Below, piece after piece: positions 32,610-42,842 of a stretch of 64,000 bases of DNA. This DNA is from an uncultured Planctomycetaceae bacterium (lineage in GTDB: Bacteria > Planctomycetota > Planctomycetia > Planctomycetales > Planctomycetaceae). The stretch spans positions 512,001 to 576,000 of the forward strand of contig CAWFGE010000015.1 of the NCBI GenBank assembly GCA_963815195.1, read 5' to 3'. The translations under genes were made by a program, and so were the position numbers. Numbering within the stretch: the stretch's first letter is position 1; each line of letters opens with the position of its first letter. The notes under the pieces are model-generated. The model ran no database searches. It worked only from the letters and a program-made list of their open reading frames with translations, and was not told the DNA's origin.

Positions 32610-35349
32610 TCATTCAAATGGTACATGAGTTGGAGTGCGTCGTGTTACTGGATGTGCGGGATCGACTGCTGGCGGTTGCTGACCCGGACGGAAAATAACT
32701 GGCGGTGCATTCGGATTCGCTGGGTCCGTAACTACAATTGTCGCACTTGGCTCCGCCGCTCGAATGTCACGAATCTGCGTACGGCCCCAAGATTTAATGT
32801 GTCCACTTGGGCCAAACCGCTCTGATTCGACGATCACTCGTCCATTTCCGGGATCAATTCGCTCACCTCTAATAGTTACGATCTGGCCGGGTTGACCAAC
32901 TCCGTCGGGGACTCTCCCACCAACGGCCACAGGTTGCAGATCATTTACATCATTGTTTCTAGCCACGTCAGCGATGTGCTCTGGGTCACCGGGCCTTCCG
33001 GGGCGACCACCTGCCGCTGCTGGATCGAAGTGCTCCCGTTTCCACCTATCGAACGGCTTCGGATCTTGTCCTGCTTTGCGTTTAGCTTCGACGTACCGCT
33101 CGTATCTCCATTCTGCTGCTCCTGCCTCTCCAAATGCTGGCTTATTGGTTGTTGGGACATCCGGAGATTCAACACCTTGTCTTCCTGTGCCGAAATCTGC
33201 CTCGTGCCCAATAAACTCTCCACCCTCCAAATCCCCTTTTGGATTCGGTTTTCTCGGTGCAGGACCGCCCGGTGGTTCAGACAACCGTTTTATTGCCGCC
33301 CTTTCCGTAGCTGACAGCGTCACGTTGAGCAACCGCAGGAGCACTTCACCGCCAGCCATCGCCGCTCCAATTGTATCGCCTTTCTTATAGCTTCGGTAGC
33401 CTGAAATTGATCGAACAATGGCTGTCGTGCCCTCGACTGCCATGTCCGCGGCGAGAAGAGCTTTCCTTAGACGAGTACCCGCTTTAAAGATTTTGAAGAA
33501 TTTGAGAAAGAACAGAATATCGCTAGCTGTGGATAGGCTTACATTGATTTTCTCTTCCTGAGTCCAAACATCGTCGGATGCTGCCTCTTTGTATTCATGG
33601 TATGTACCAACGCCAGGAAGCATGGCACGGATGAATACGAGTAAATGTTCTAGAGCCTCGGCTTTACCACCCTCAAACTGTAATCGATCATTTTCTACTC
33701 GTTCAACGGCCTCCGATTGGATTAGCTTTTCCAGGTCTCCATTTAATAGTGTTTTGCTGTACACATTAACGACGCGGTATGAATTACCAAGAGTCATTTC
33801 AAAACCGGCTAGCGTCAACTTGCCATGTTGAGATAAATTCCTCTGAAGCAATAGATTCTTGGGTTTACCATCAAGACCGATGATCGGTATCGCTATGAAT
33901 TCGTAGGGTTTAAATACGCAGCCAGAACTGTACTCTCCATAATTAGTAGTTAGTGGAAGTGTTGTCGTGTAGTCTTTTACAGGCAGGCCGTTCTCCTTCG
34001 CGTAGGCTACAGCGTTATCTACACTCCTCTTTGGAATCGCATCAGGTGAGAAGTTTTCGAAGCCCTTCCAAATCTTCTCCAAGGCCTTTTTAGCCAAATC
34101 AATATCTGCGCGACGCTGCTCTTCTAACTCTCTCCGACTTCGAACCCGCTCCAGCCCCTCAGCCCAATTGTTGACGATTTGAACGATCTCACTTTCGGAG
34201 GAGCCTCGTCCGCGAAACCTTTCAATTAAGATGTCGACCTTTGTTGCGGAAAAGCCCGCTTCGATAGCGCGTTGTTTGGCTTCACTAAGTGCGCCTGACC
34301 ATTTTTTTCTTTCCTCTAAACGACGCCTCGCTTCCAACTTCTCCTTCTCTCGAATCTCTCTTCCGCCGACTTCCAATCTATATTCGCGTTCCAGTATTAT
34401 CACTAGTTTTTTCCACATGCTTCGTGCACGAGGGCTGTCCGATACTTCTAATGCAAGTGCCTTCTTGGCCAATCCAGCACCAATTTGGTCTTCGTTCAAA
34501 CCGAGTTCTTTAAGTTTGGTGAAAAGCGATAGCGCTTTCTGATAATCCGGGTTTGATGTCTTCTCGTCTGGGAGCGAGTTTGCCGATTGCTGCAATCCCG
34601 AAGGATCAGCCGCATTGGGCGAGTTATTTTTCACATACCGAAACAGGTTTTCCTCGTCGTCGCGCACAGGATCTTCCGACTTAAACCGCCCATTTGCGCT
34701 GTCGTATTCCCTCTGGCCTAAATTGTGGTTCCCCGTCGTGCCGTCGTATTGATAGCCTTTCTGGCCAACCCAGCGGAAGGGGTTTTCTGTTGTTCCCGTC
34801 GAAGCGAGTTCTTTGCCGAAGGCGCTATAGCTGTACTCATCGGTGACGACTTCGGTCGAATCCGTGAGGGCATCGGTGGAGCCGAGGGCGTCGTAGTGGT
34901 AGTAGGATGTTTCCGTGGCGTCGTGGCGGCTGATGAGGTTGCCGAATTCCTGCTGCTCGTAATGGTAATCCAGTTGCGGGGTGCCGAATTCGTCAGTCTC
35001 GTGCAGCAGGTTCTTTTTGTCCCAGAGATAGCCGACGTTGTCGATGTCCTCTTCACGGCCCACGCGCAGCAGGTCGCTATTGTAGGTGTAGGTCACCACG
35101 GTGCCGGTGGGCAGTTCCACCTGGGTGAGTTCGTTCTCGGCGTTCCAGGTGTTCGTGGTGAGGTCGCCGCTGGGTTCTTCTTTCGAACGCTGATTGCCGG
35201 CGTTATCGTACGTGTAGGTCGTGCGGTCGCCGATGCTGTCCAGCTTGACCAGAAGCTCATTTGCGGCATTATAGGTGGAAGTCGTGACCGCGCCGTCGGC
35301 GTCTTCCGTCAATCGGTTGCCTGTGGCATCGTACGTATAAGTCGTCCGA
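32610..35349 (-). pseudogene. Orphan RHS/YD-repeat module (5' truncated) with RHS core and long C-terminal toxin region
   Basis: YTYDATGNRL, YYHYDALGST, YSYSAFG, NPFRWVGQKGY, GRFKSEDP, NLFRYVKNNSPNAADPSGL. The ORF part above 35349 is repeat DNA rather than RHS. Confidence 0.88.
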
Positions 35350-35513
35350 CGGGGTGGCATGCTCATGGCTTTGCATGAGCATGCGATTTGAGGAAACGTG
35401 GATTCTGAAAATCCGACGACATGATTAACGGAACCAGGGCAAAATGCAATGTCTCCAGCTTCATCAAGCGTCCCGAAGACATGCTCATGCAAAGCCATGA
35501 GCATGCCACCCCG
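35350..35513. repeat. REPIN with perfect 34-bp inverted arms
   Basis: CGGGGTGGCATGCTCATGGCTTTGCATGAGCATG / CATGCTCATGCAAAGCCATGAGCATGCCACCCCG. Confidence 0.9.
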
Positions 35514-35550
35514 CCGTTTGGTAGTTGAAATGTCGAAGCTGCACCCTTGC

Positions 35551-35692
35551 CACGGGAATCGGCCCGTGAACAAGAGATTGAGAAAAAAGCCAAAGCCAGC
35601 GCCGTCAGGCGTGCCGGTGTTCAAGTCGTGAAAGCCTGCTGAGCTGGCACGCTTGCAGCCCTTCAAACCGGCACAGCCTGCCAAATTTGTGA
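35551..35692. repeat. ~140-bp direct repeat, copy 2
   Basis: Aligns to 31893-32033. Confidence 0.85.
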
Positions 35693-35712
35693 GGCAGAAG
35701 CCGAAAGTGTGA

Positions 35713-36093
35713 TTACTGCCTGTAGCCATTGAGCAAAGACAAGAACTCGGATTCAACGGTGGTGTCAATTTCACCACGAGGACTAACTTCGACGATCCTC
35801 CAATTATCTGTTGGATCGAAGCCAAAGCAGTATCCTTGAAAGTCATCGCCGATCAGCAGGATGTCGGCCAGTCGCCCCGTAGCATTCGAGTAAACCTCAT
35901 GAGCTTCCACCGGCCCACTGTAGAGCGAAATGCCGCCAAGATTGCCATATCCAGCAATCTCAAGGAAACGGAGATAATGCTCCGGAATACCACGATATTT
36001 GCTGCGGAGCGTTTGCAGCTTTTGAACAGATGCCTTCGTCAGTGAACTCTCAGCACTGAAATGGCCAACGAGTTCTTCAAAGTTGCTCATCAT
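35713..36093 (-). CDS. SMI1/KNR4 (SUKH) family immunity protein
   Basis: IPEHYLRFLEIAGYG and LLIGDDFQGYCFGFD motifs; directly downstream of an HNH toxin fragment. Confidence 0.8.
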   Translation of the reverse strand: MMSNFEELVGHFSAESSLTKASVQKLQTLRSKYRGIPEHYLRFLEIAGYGNLGGISLYSGPVEAHEVYSNATGRLADILLIGDDFQGYCFGFDPTDNWRIVEVSPRGEIDTTVESEFLSLLNGYRQ

Positions 36094-36097
36094 TGCC

Positions 36098-36313
36098 TCA
36101 CGGGAAAAGTGTTTCCATAATTGCCTCGAGATGAATGCCACTTTGGTGCTGGCTGGGAAATCTTGCTGGAGTCAGGTTCCACCATTCGTGCGGTCCACCG
36201 TATATGTTCTCGATGACGTGGTGCGCATCGTAGGGGTCGCCCACTTTCTTGTACACCTCACCACTCTTAGTATAAACCTCTTCGGTATACCGAGGCCACG
36301 ATTGGCCAGCCGA
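36098..36313 (-). pseudogene. Orphan HNH-type nuclease toxin C-terminal fragment
   Basis: WPRY...YDAHHVIENIYGGPHEWWNLTPARFPSQHQSGIH. Confidence 0.75.
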
Positions 36314-36446
36314 GTAGGGCCGGCTGTGCCGGCCTTTTGTTTTTGACACAACGATTTTTCTCGCACCAAATGGCCGGCATACCCAGCCGCCAATTGGGCA
36401 TAAGTATGATTCCCTTCGTCGAAAAGGCCGGCACAGCCGGCCCTAC
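36314..36446. repeat. GTAG-type REPIN with perfect 25-bp inverted arms
   Basis: GTAGGGCCGGCTGTGCCGGCCTTTT / AAAAGGCCGGCACAGCCGGCCCTAC. Confidence 0.9.
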
Positions 36447-36654
36447 GTCACTGTGTCACCTCTTCCTCGACCATGATAACCTCTTGTCGCTGCGCGACCC
36501 AGGTTGCAAGCAACCTGGGCCACCCCGTGCGGCCGCGTTACTAACGACAATAAAAGTACCAAACAGCCCAAATCAAGGGGAAATAAGGGGTTCTGGAGTC
36601 TGCGGGAGACCGGTTACACCCATCAAAACCGGCGGCTAGCGCCGTGCCGCCCAC

Positions 36655-37525
36655 TCATCCGAGGAACCAGTTGTCGAGAGCGGTGAGGATGCCGCCGAAG
36701 ATGACGTCGACGAAGTCGCGGTCATCGCGGGGATTGAGATAACCCGGCGGGGGAGGGGAGGGTGTTCGGAGCTTGGGGCGGTTTTTCTCGAAGGCTTCGA
36801 TGGGATCGTCGGACTGGCCGCCGTCTGCGATCCAGCGGAGCACCTGATGAAGCTCGGCCGCATCGAACCACAGCCCGTGCTCTTTGCAGAGGTCGATGAT
36901 CACGCCGCTGCCGGTGCGCGTACTGCCGCCGGGACATGAGTTTTCCGCACTGAACGCAGGGGCGGTACAAGGGACCTTTCTGATCCGCTCGCTGGCGGGG
37001 CCGGGCCTGGGCGAACACGGCTTCGTCCAAGTGGGCGGCTCCGCGGGCCGTGCGGTCGCGGAGTTCCCGAAACGTTTCCACGCTCAGCCACAGCCCCGTG
37101 CACGCCTGGCATTCGAGGACGTTCAGCTTCTCGTGGCCCAGCTCCCGGCTCGCGAGATGCTCCGTGTCCGGACATGCCGGGCAGACGGCGTTCGAGTCTT
37201 TCCCGGCGATCGCCTCGGCGGCGAGCCTCTCGCCGCACTGCGAACAATAGCGGGCTTTGTCGCTCACGCGGGCGAGGCAATTCGGGCAGACGGTATTCAG
37301 ATCGCGTTCGTGCAGCGTGAAGTCGGCGCCGCAGAACCCGCAGTTCCGATCGCTCCCTTGGCGAGCGCCGCCGCACGAAGAGCACCGCACGACCGCCGCC
37401 TCGTGCCCCTGGGGCTTTCGAACCTTGAGCACCGCCCCGCAATGGCAGCGGAACTTCGCCCCGATCTTCCGCTCGCTCGTTTCATACCGGCGTAGGCAAT
37501 GCGGACACGCAACCAGCACGCGCAT
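36655..37525 (-). CDS. Multi zinc-ribbon protein (double zinc ribbon plus zf-TFIIB-like); frameshift near 36915
   Basis: Many CxxC pairs, ECQACTGLWL, and IIDLCKEHGLWFDAAEL in the second frame. Confidence 0.8.
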
Positions 37526-37757
37526 GGCTTAGGTCTCTTCAAGGTGATGGATTTTCCCTTTGCCACTGTACCCCCGCCGAATGCCGGCCGTCAAACACGA
37601 AATCCGCCTCCGGTTTCTGGCTTCTCATCTCAAGACCACATCACAAAGAACCGATGGACAAACAGGAATCTTTAATGTTTGCTTTGGAGTTTTTTTGGCG
37701 TTTTCGATTTTTGCGGCGAATTGACTGAAGTTTTTCCGATTGCCCCGTGAGTCCCGC

Positions 37758-40154
37758 ATGACCGGCCTTCGACTTTGGATTAGGCCCGATTCTTCAGCAT
37801 CCCAACTGAGGAAAACGGCGGCCGCCCTTGTGGTGATCGCCGTGGGGCTGTTTTTTCCGCTGCGGATGGCGTGGCATATGGCCCAGGTCGGGGAAAACTG
37901 TCTGAGCCACGATGCGTGTTGTTATATCTGGAACGTGGAGCAGTTTTACGCGGGGGTTTACGAGGGCGACTGGCAGAGGTTCTTAAAGGATTACACGATC
38001 AGCGAGGGCTCGCATTGCGTGTTGATCCCGGGGCTGATCCAGATCTCGCTGATCCCCCTCACGGATTGGAACGTGCATGCCGAGCTGGGCGTGGGCTTTG
38101 TTTTTGCGTTTTTCAAGGTGCTTCTGCTCGTCTCGCTGTTTGGACGAGGTCGGCCGCTGTGGGCGAAGTCGCTGCTGTTTGCCGTGCTGTCCGGATTGGT
38201 GTTCAGCCTGCGGCATTTTGATTCGTTCCAATTTGGGCCGGCGGGCTTTTTTCAACAGACGGGCGATCTGTTTTTTCTCTTGGGGTGCTGGTTTTTGATT
38301 TGCGGCCCGCGACATACTCGAATCGCGGGCATGGCGGCCTCGGGAATCTGCGCTTCGCTGTCGTTTGGGACAGGCCTCGTCGCCTGGCCCGCGTACGGCA
38401 TGGGCATGTGGCTGTTGGGAGTCCGGCGGTGGTCCGCTTATGCCCTCTGGCTGGCTGCGGGGGCCGTCGCCTCCACGCCTTATTGGATGTTTCGCCCCGA
38501 GCGGCCGATGATTGCGGGCGGCCGCTGGTTTTCGCCCGCACATATCGCCAAGGGGTTGACGCATGCCTTTATCGAGAGCCGATTCTACGAAACTCAGCCG
38601 GCGATCTGGACGATCGTGGGAGGCCTGGGGATCGGCCTGGCGATGTTCCTGGCGGTCGTCCTCTTCCGCAAGTATTGGAAAACCGACCGAGCGAAACTCG
38701 CCCCGGCGATCATGGTGTTCGGTTACGCGGCGGCCACGCTGTGGGCGATCACCTGGAAGCGGGACCATTTTACGACGTGGTACACCGTGCATTTCGCGAT
38801 GGTTTGGGTGGCGATCGCGGGGATGGCGTTCCTCGCGGCGGAGTCTGCTCCACGAACCGCCGAAGATCGTTTTTCGTGGGGAACTCTGAAGGAAGGGCGG
38901 GGGATTTTCGCCGGGGTCAGTCTGTTGATCGGGCTGTTGCTCATTCCCCAAGCCCGGGGTGTGGATAAGCAAAACGTGAGCCAGCTTCGTTCGCGGTCTC
39001 CCGCCGCCGTGACCGCCTTTCGCGAATTTCGCACAGCCCCGACGCACTATGCCACGTTTCCCGTGGCGGTTTGGCGTTGGAACCATTCCCAGACCGTGGG
39101 GTACGCTTCGCTTCTGGAACAGCGAGGCTGGTCGGTGTTCGGCAGGAACCGGACCTATCTGCTTCAGGGAGACTACGGCCTCGCGAGCGTGACTCTCGAT
39201 GAAGCCAAGGGGGTCTGGCCCGTGATGTGGGTGACGGGGCGGAAAACGTCGCCGGCTTCTTTCACGGACTATCATCGCTTGAACTTGTTTCTCTATCCGC
39301 CTAACGCCGTGTCTTGGGAAGTGGACATCCCCCAAGAGACGGCGACCGCCAGGTTTTGCTCCGCGGTGGCCGCGCTCAATCGCCCGCTCACGCCGGGATC
39401 CGACGGGGCGGTTTGTCAATTGAGTCTCTCAGCGAATGCGGGCGAATCGCAAATCGTTTGGACGCATTTTGTCGCGTGCGAAGATTCCGCTTGGGAGGAA
39501 TGCGAGTTGGATCTCAAACCTTACGCGGGAAAGAAGGTCCGGCTGACATTGCGCGCGGCTCCGCCAAAGTCCGGCCGCGGAGACGCCATCGTGTGGAAGT
39601 GCCCGCGGATCGAGATGCAATTGACGAAGACGCCGCCCATTTCCCGCGGGACGATTATCCCATCCAACACCGACCCGAATTGTTTTCCGCCGTTCACGAA
39701 GGATGACGTTCTGCTGGATGTCTCGAGTGACGCCTGGGGAATGCCCGCTGCTTCCGTGGCCCTCGCAAACGGCGAGGGCTGGTCCTGTGTGACCGGGCAA
39801 ACGCAGTGGGACTATCAGCGCGAGTTTCGCGTCTTATGCCACGATTATCCGCATTTGCTCGTGGAATGCTCGCTGTCGAAGCCGGAACTGGCGTGCCATT
39901 ATCTCTATGTCGTTCTCCACTTGGAGAGTAACGGGGCGGTGCATGAGCACGGCATCAGCGTGCCCCTGTTGAACGACGCCGGGATGCACGCGTATTGGCT
40001 CGATCTTCGAAAATGGGACGTCGATCCGCGGGCGGAGATTGTCAAAGTCACGCTGCACCCGGCCCCCGGACCTGCGGAGATGGTCCCGGCCGATTCGCGT
40101 TTCAATCGCGTGTTTCAGCTCGAGCAGGTTCGCTTCATCGAACGCGGGCGGTAA
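37758..40154 (+). CDS. Multi-pass membrane protein with C-terminal soluble beta domains (possible GT-C-like glycosyltransferase)
   Basis: About 10-11 hydrophobic segments, then a WEECELDLKPYAGKKVRLTL jelly-roll-like segment. Confidence 0.6.
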   Translation: MTGLRLWIRPDSSASQLRKTAAALVVIAVGLFFPLRMAWHMAQVGENCLSHDACCYIWNVEQFYAGVYEGDWQRFLKDYTISEGSHCVLIPGLIQISLIPLTDWNVHAELGVGFVFAFFKVLLLVSLFGRGRPLWAKSLLFAVLSGLVFSLRHFDSFQFGPAGFFQQTGDLFFLLGCWFLICGPRHTRIAGMAASGICASLSFGTGLVAWPAYGMGMWLLGVRRWSAYALWLAAGAVASTPYWMFRPERPMIAGGRWFSPAHIAKGLTHAFIESRFYETQPAIWTIVGGLGIGLAMFLAVVLFRKYWKTDRAKLAPAIMVFGYAAATLWAITWKRDHFTTWYTVHFAMVWVAIAGMAFLAAESAPRTAEDRFSWGTLKEGRGIFAGVSLLIGLLLIPQARGVDKQNVSQLRSRSPAAVTAFREFRTAPTHYATFPVAVWRWNHSQTVGYASLLEQRGWSVFGRNRTYLLQGDYGLASVTLDEAKGVWPVMWVTGRKTSPASFTDYHRLNLFLYPPNAVSWEVDIPQETATARFCSAVAALNRPLTPGSDGAVCQLSLSANAGESQIVWTHFVACEDSAWEECELDLKPYAGKKVRLTLRAAPPKSGRGDAIVWKCPRIEMQLTKTPPISRGTIIPSNTDPNCFPPFTKDDVLLDVSSDAWGMPAASVALANGEGWSCVTGQTQWDYQREFRVLCHDYPHLLVECSLSKPELACHYLYVVLHLESNGAVHEHGISVPLLNDAGMHAYWLDLRKWDVDPRAEIVKVTLHPAPGPAEMVPADSRFNRVFQLEQVRFIERGR

Positions 40155-40192
40155 TGTCTTGGCTGGTGAAACCGCAGCGGGGCAGGGGAGGT

Positions 40193-41461
40193 TTACAGTT
40201 CCGCCACCGGTTCGCGGTCGTCGAGAACGTGCATGGGGCGATTGTTGTAATCGGGGATCGCGATGCGGGGATCGATGCCCAGGTGATGATACATGCTCGC
40301 GAGCACGTTGCTGGGCGTGTAGGGCCGGCCTTTGTGTCTGGCTCCTTGGGAATCGGTTTCGCCGATGACCTGGCCGGTTCGGAATCCGCCGCCTGCGACG
40401 ACGGCCGCCCCCGCTTCGGGCCAATGATCCCGGCCGTCGATTCGGGTGATCCGCGGTGCCCGGCCGAACTCGCCCCACATCACCACCGCCACATCGTTTT
40501 GGAGGCCTCGCTCGTAAAGATCGGTGACAAGCGCATGAAAGCCGAGGTCCAACTGGGGCAACTGGTCGCGCATGTCGCGGAAGTTCTTCTCGTGCGTGTC
40601 CCAATCGCCGATCTTGAGCGTAACCACATTCACGCCGGCTTCCACGAGCCGGCGGGCCATCAAAAAGCTCTGCCAGAACCGCCCGTAGCGCTCCCGCGTT
40701 TTTGGGGATTCCTGTTTGAGGTTCATCGCCTCGCGGGCTTTGGGATGCGTGATCATCTCGATCGCCTGGGCGGAAAACCGATCGAGGGCCGCGAAGGTGT
40801 TGCTTTGGTCGATGGTCCGCTCAATCGTGTCGAGGCGGTTCAGTAACTCCCGGCGATCTTCGAGGCGGTCGATCGTCAACCCGCGGGCCAATCGCAGGTT
40901 CTCGAGGTCATCCCGATGCGGCACAAAGGGGGCGTGCGCGGGGCCGAGGTACGTCGGTTGTTCGCCGCGTTCCGGATGATAGACGCTGACATAAGGCGGC
41001 AGCCCGTCGGAGCGCGGATGCAGATAACTCACGATCGCCCCCATCGCCGGGCGGATGTCGCGGCTGGGAAAACCGGTGCTGATGTAATGCGGCGTGTGGT
41101 CGCCGAGGTCGTTCGAGCGAATCCCGCGAATGATCGCCAGCTTGTCCATGATCTTTGCGTGCAGCGGCAGGTATTCGCAGACCTCGATGCCGGGGACGTT
41201 CGTCGAAATCGGCTGAAACTCGCCGCGAATTTCCGCGGGAGCGCCCGGCTTCATATCGTAGCTGTCGATATGCGAAGGCCCGCCTCTGAGCCAGATCATA
41301 ATCACGGACTTTTCCCGCGCGGGTTTCTCTTTGGCGCTCGCCCGCAGCCTAAGCACGTCGGCCAACGACAATCCGCCCCAGCCCAAAACGCCGACCCCGA
41401 GCACCTCCCGCCGGGTGAGATTCTTTCGGCACCGCGTGTTTGCTCCATCCATTCGCAACAT
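40193..41461 (-). CDS. DUF1501 domain protein
   Basis: TRREVL Tat-like motif, WLRGGPSHIDSYDMKP, ARRLVEAGV, WDTH, GEFGRAP, GRDHWP. Confidence 0.93.
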   Translation of the reverse strand: MLRMDGANTRCRKNLTRREVLGVGVLGWGGLSLADVLRLRASAKEKPAREKSVIMIWLRGGPSHIDSYDMKPGAPAEIRGEFQPISTNVPGIEVCEYLPLHAKIMDKLAIIRGIRSNDLGDHTPHYISTGFPSRDIRPAMGAIVSYLHPRSDGLPPYVSVYHPERGEQPTYLGPAHAPFVPHRDDLENLRLARGLTIDRLEDRRELLNRLDTIERTIDQSNTFAALDRFSAQAIEMITHPKAREAMNLKQESPKTRERYGRFWQSFLMARRLVEAGVNVVTLKIGDWDTHEKNFRDMRDQLPQLDLGFHALVTDLYERGLQNDVAVVMWGEFGRAPRITRIDGRDHWPEAGAAVVAGGGFRTGQVIGETDSQGARHKGRPYTPSNVLASMYHHLGIDPRIAIPDYNNRPMHVLDDREPVAEL

Positions 41462-41625
41462 AGCCGGGCTCCCTGTCACATGGCAGCAATCAATTCAGCC
41501 CCGGTCCCGCATACCTAAATTGTACCGGGCGACACGGATCGGTCAATGTTGATGCATTGCAGCCGCGCTTGTCGCAGATCGAGGCGACACAGGTGGACTA
41601 TGCGTCCGGGGCATCATCAATTGGC

Positions 41626-41931
41626 TCATCGCGAAAAACTTGCGGAAATATCACGCCGTCCATGCAGGACGCGATAAACGACAATCCCGTCCGACAGGGG
41701 ACGATAGAAGATGACATAGTTTCCCGCGGGGAACTGCCGGAGGTCAGAAGGCAAATCCGGAGCCAAATCGGCACAAAGGCGACCAATCGTCGGATTGGCT
41801 TCCAAACGTAAGAATTTCTCTTCCAACACGTCCAGCAATTCAAAGGCTGCTTGGGAATTGTGGCAGGCGATATACTCGCCAATATCCAGCAAATCCTGTC
41901 TGGCCTGGGGTGTGCGGAGGATGTTGGGTAT
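41626..41931 (-). CDS. ParE/RelE family toxin (start codon reads ATA)
   Basis: (I)PNILRTPQARQDLLDIGEYIA...GNYVIFYR...RVLHGRRDI; overlaps the antitoxin stop as TGATA. Confidence 0.8.
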   Translation of the reverse strand: MPNILRTPQARQDLLDIGEYIACHNSQAAFELLDVLEEKFLRLEANPTIGRLCADLAPDLPSDLRQFPAGNYVIFYRPLSDGIVVYRVLHGRRDISASFSR

Positions 41932-42185
41932 CAGGCATTTTGGGGATCGTGAAGTCGCTTGTGCAACTCATCCCTGATTGCCTGCATATCCAACGGCGCC
42001 GATTGGCCCGCTTCGTGAGCCTGATGCGCTTCGCGCAGCTTCGCATGGAAGCTGTCCCTCGTCGGTTGGCAATCCATAAAGAACTCCAACGCCTGTTCGA
42101 CGGCCTCATCCGCAGATTCAAATCGCCCTTCAGCGAGCAACTGCTCCACAAATTGTCGGGCTTGTTCGGTGAGTTCGACTTGCAT
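41931..42185 (-). CDS. ParD-like (RHH) antitoxin
   Basis: MQVELTEQARQFVEQLLAEGRFESADEAVEQAL, directly upstream of ParE. Confidence 0.85.
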   Translation of the reverse strand: MQVELTEQARQFVEQLLAEGRFESADEAVEQALEFFMDCQPTRDSFHAKLREAHQAHEAGQSAPLDMQAIRDELHKRLHDPQNA

Positions 42186-42340
42186 TCGATCGTTCCCAAT
42201 CAAGGATTCTCTGCGGTCTATGTTAATCTTAACAGGGATGGCGAGAGTTTGTATAGAATGAAAACAGAGGTTTGGATGATTACCGAACCCGAGCGGGGCT
42301 TTGGTCAAGAGCCGTAGGATACGAGAATTCGAAGTCAGTT

Positions 42341-42742
42341 CTACTCGAACAGTTTTTCGTACAATTCCTGCTGTTCCTTTTCGGCTTTCTGCTTGGCTTC
42401 GCTTTCTTTCTGGAGCTTTTCCTCTTTTGCCTTTTGGCGTTCTTCTTGGGCTTTGAGGCATTTCTGAGAATAAGCCTCGCGTTGTTTGAGGATTTCCGTT
42501 GAGGCCTGTTTTGCGGCGGCCCGTCCTTTTCGGTTCCTCTCGCGCATCAAGAACCGCTGATCCTCAATCGAGAGCAGACGCCTGGGAAAAGAAACGCGGC
42601 CATTGTCGTCCGACAACACGACGTTTTCGTCGCCGATGGAGACGATTTGAGCCTCGAATTTGTAGCCCGACCGGGTCGTAAATTCCCGGGCGTGGGCGGT
42701 GGAAACACAAGCGAGCAGAATCAGGGCGGCACATCGAAGCAT
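42341..42742 (-). CDS. Secreted SHD1-like domain protein
   Basis: Signal peptide ending AHA; REFTTRSGYKFEAQIV...LSIEDQRFL; coiled-coil tail. Confidence 0.7.
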   Translation of the reverse strand: MLRCAALILLACVSTAHAREFTTRSGYKFEAQIVSIGDENVVLSDDNGRVSFPRRLLSIEDQRFLMRERNRKGRAAAKQASTEILKQREAYSQKCLKAQEERQKAKEEKLQKESEAKQKAEKEQQELYEKLFE

Positions 42743-42842
42743 TGGCGCTGTCTCCAACAAAAGAAGGTGAGTCCGCAAAGAAAATCTAACCCGTGTAACT
42801 CGAAAGTCAAAAAATCTCCGCCACGACTCGAAGAGAAGCAGG

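Noticed and set aside
35350..35846. N-terminal ~165 aa of the 1078-aa RHS ORF
   Set aside because: It is read-through of a REPIN, the 140-bp repeat and an alternate frame of the SUKH gene, not RHS sequence.
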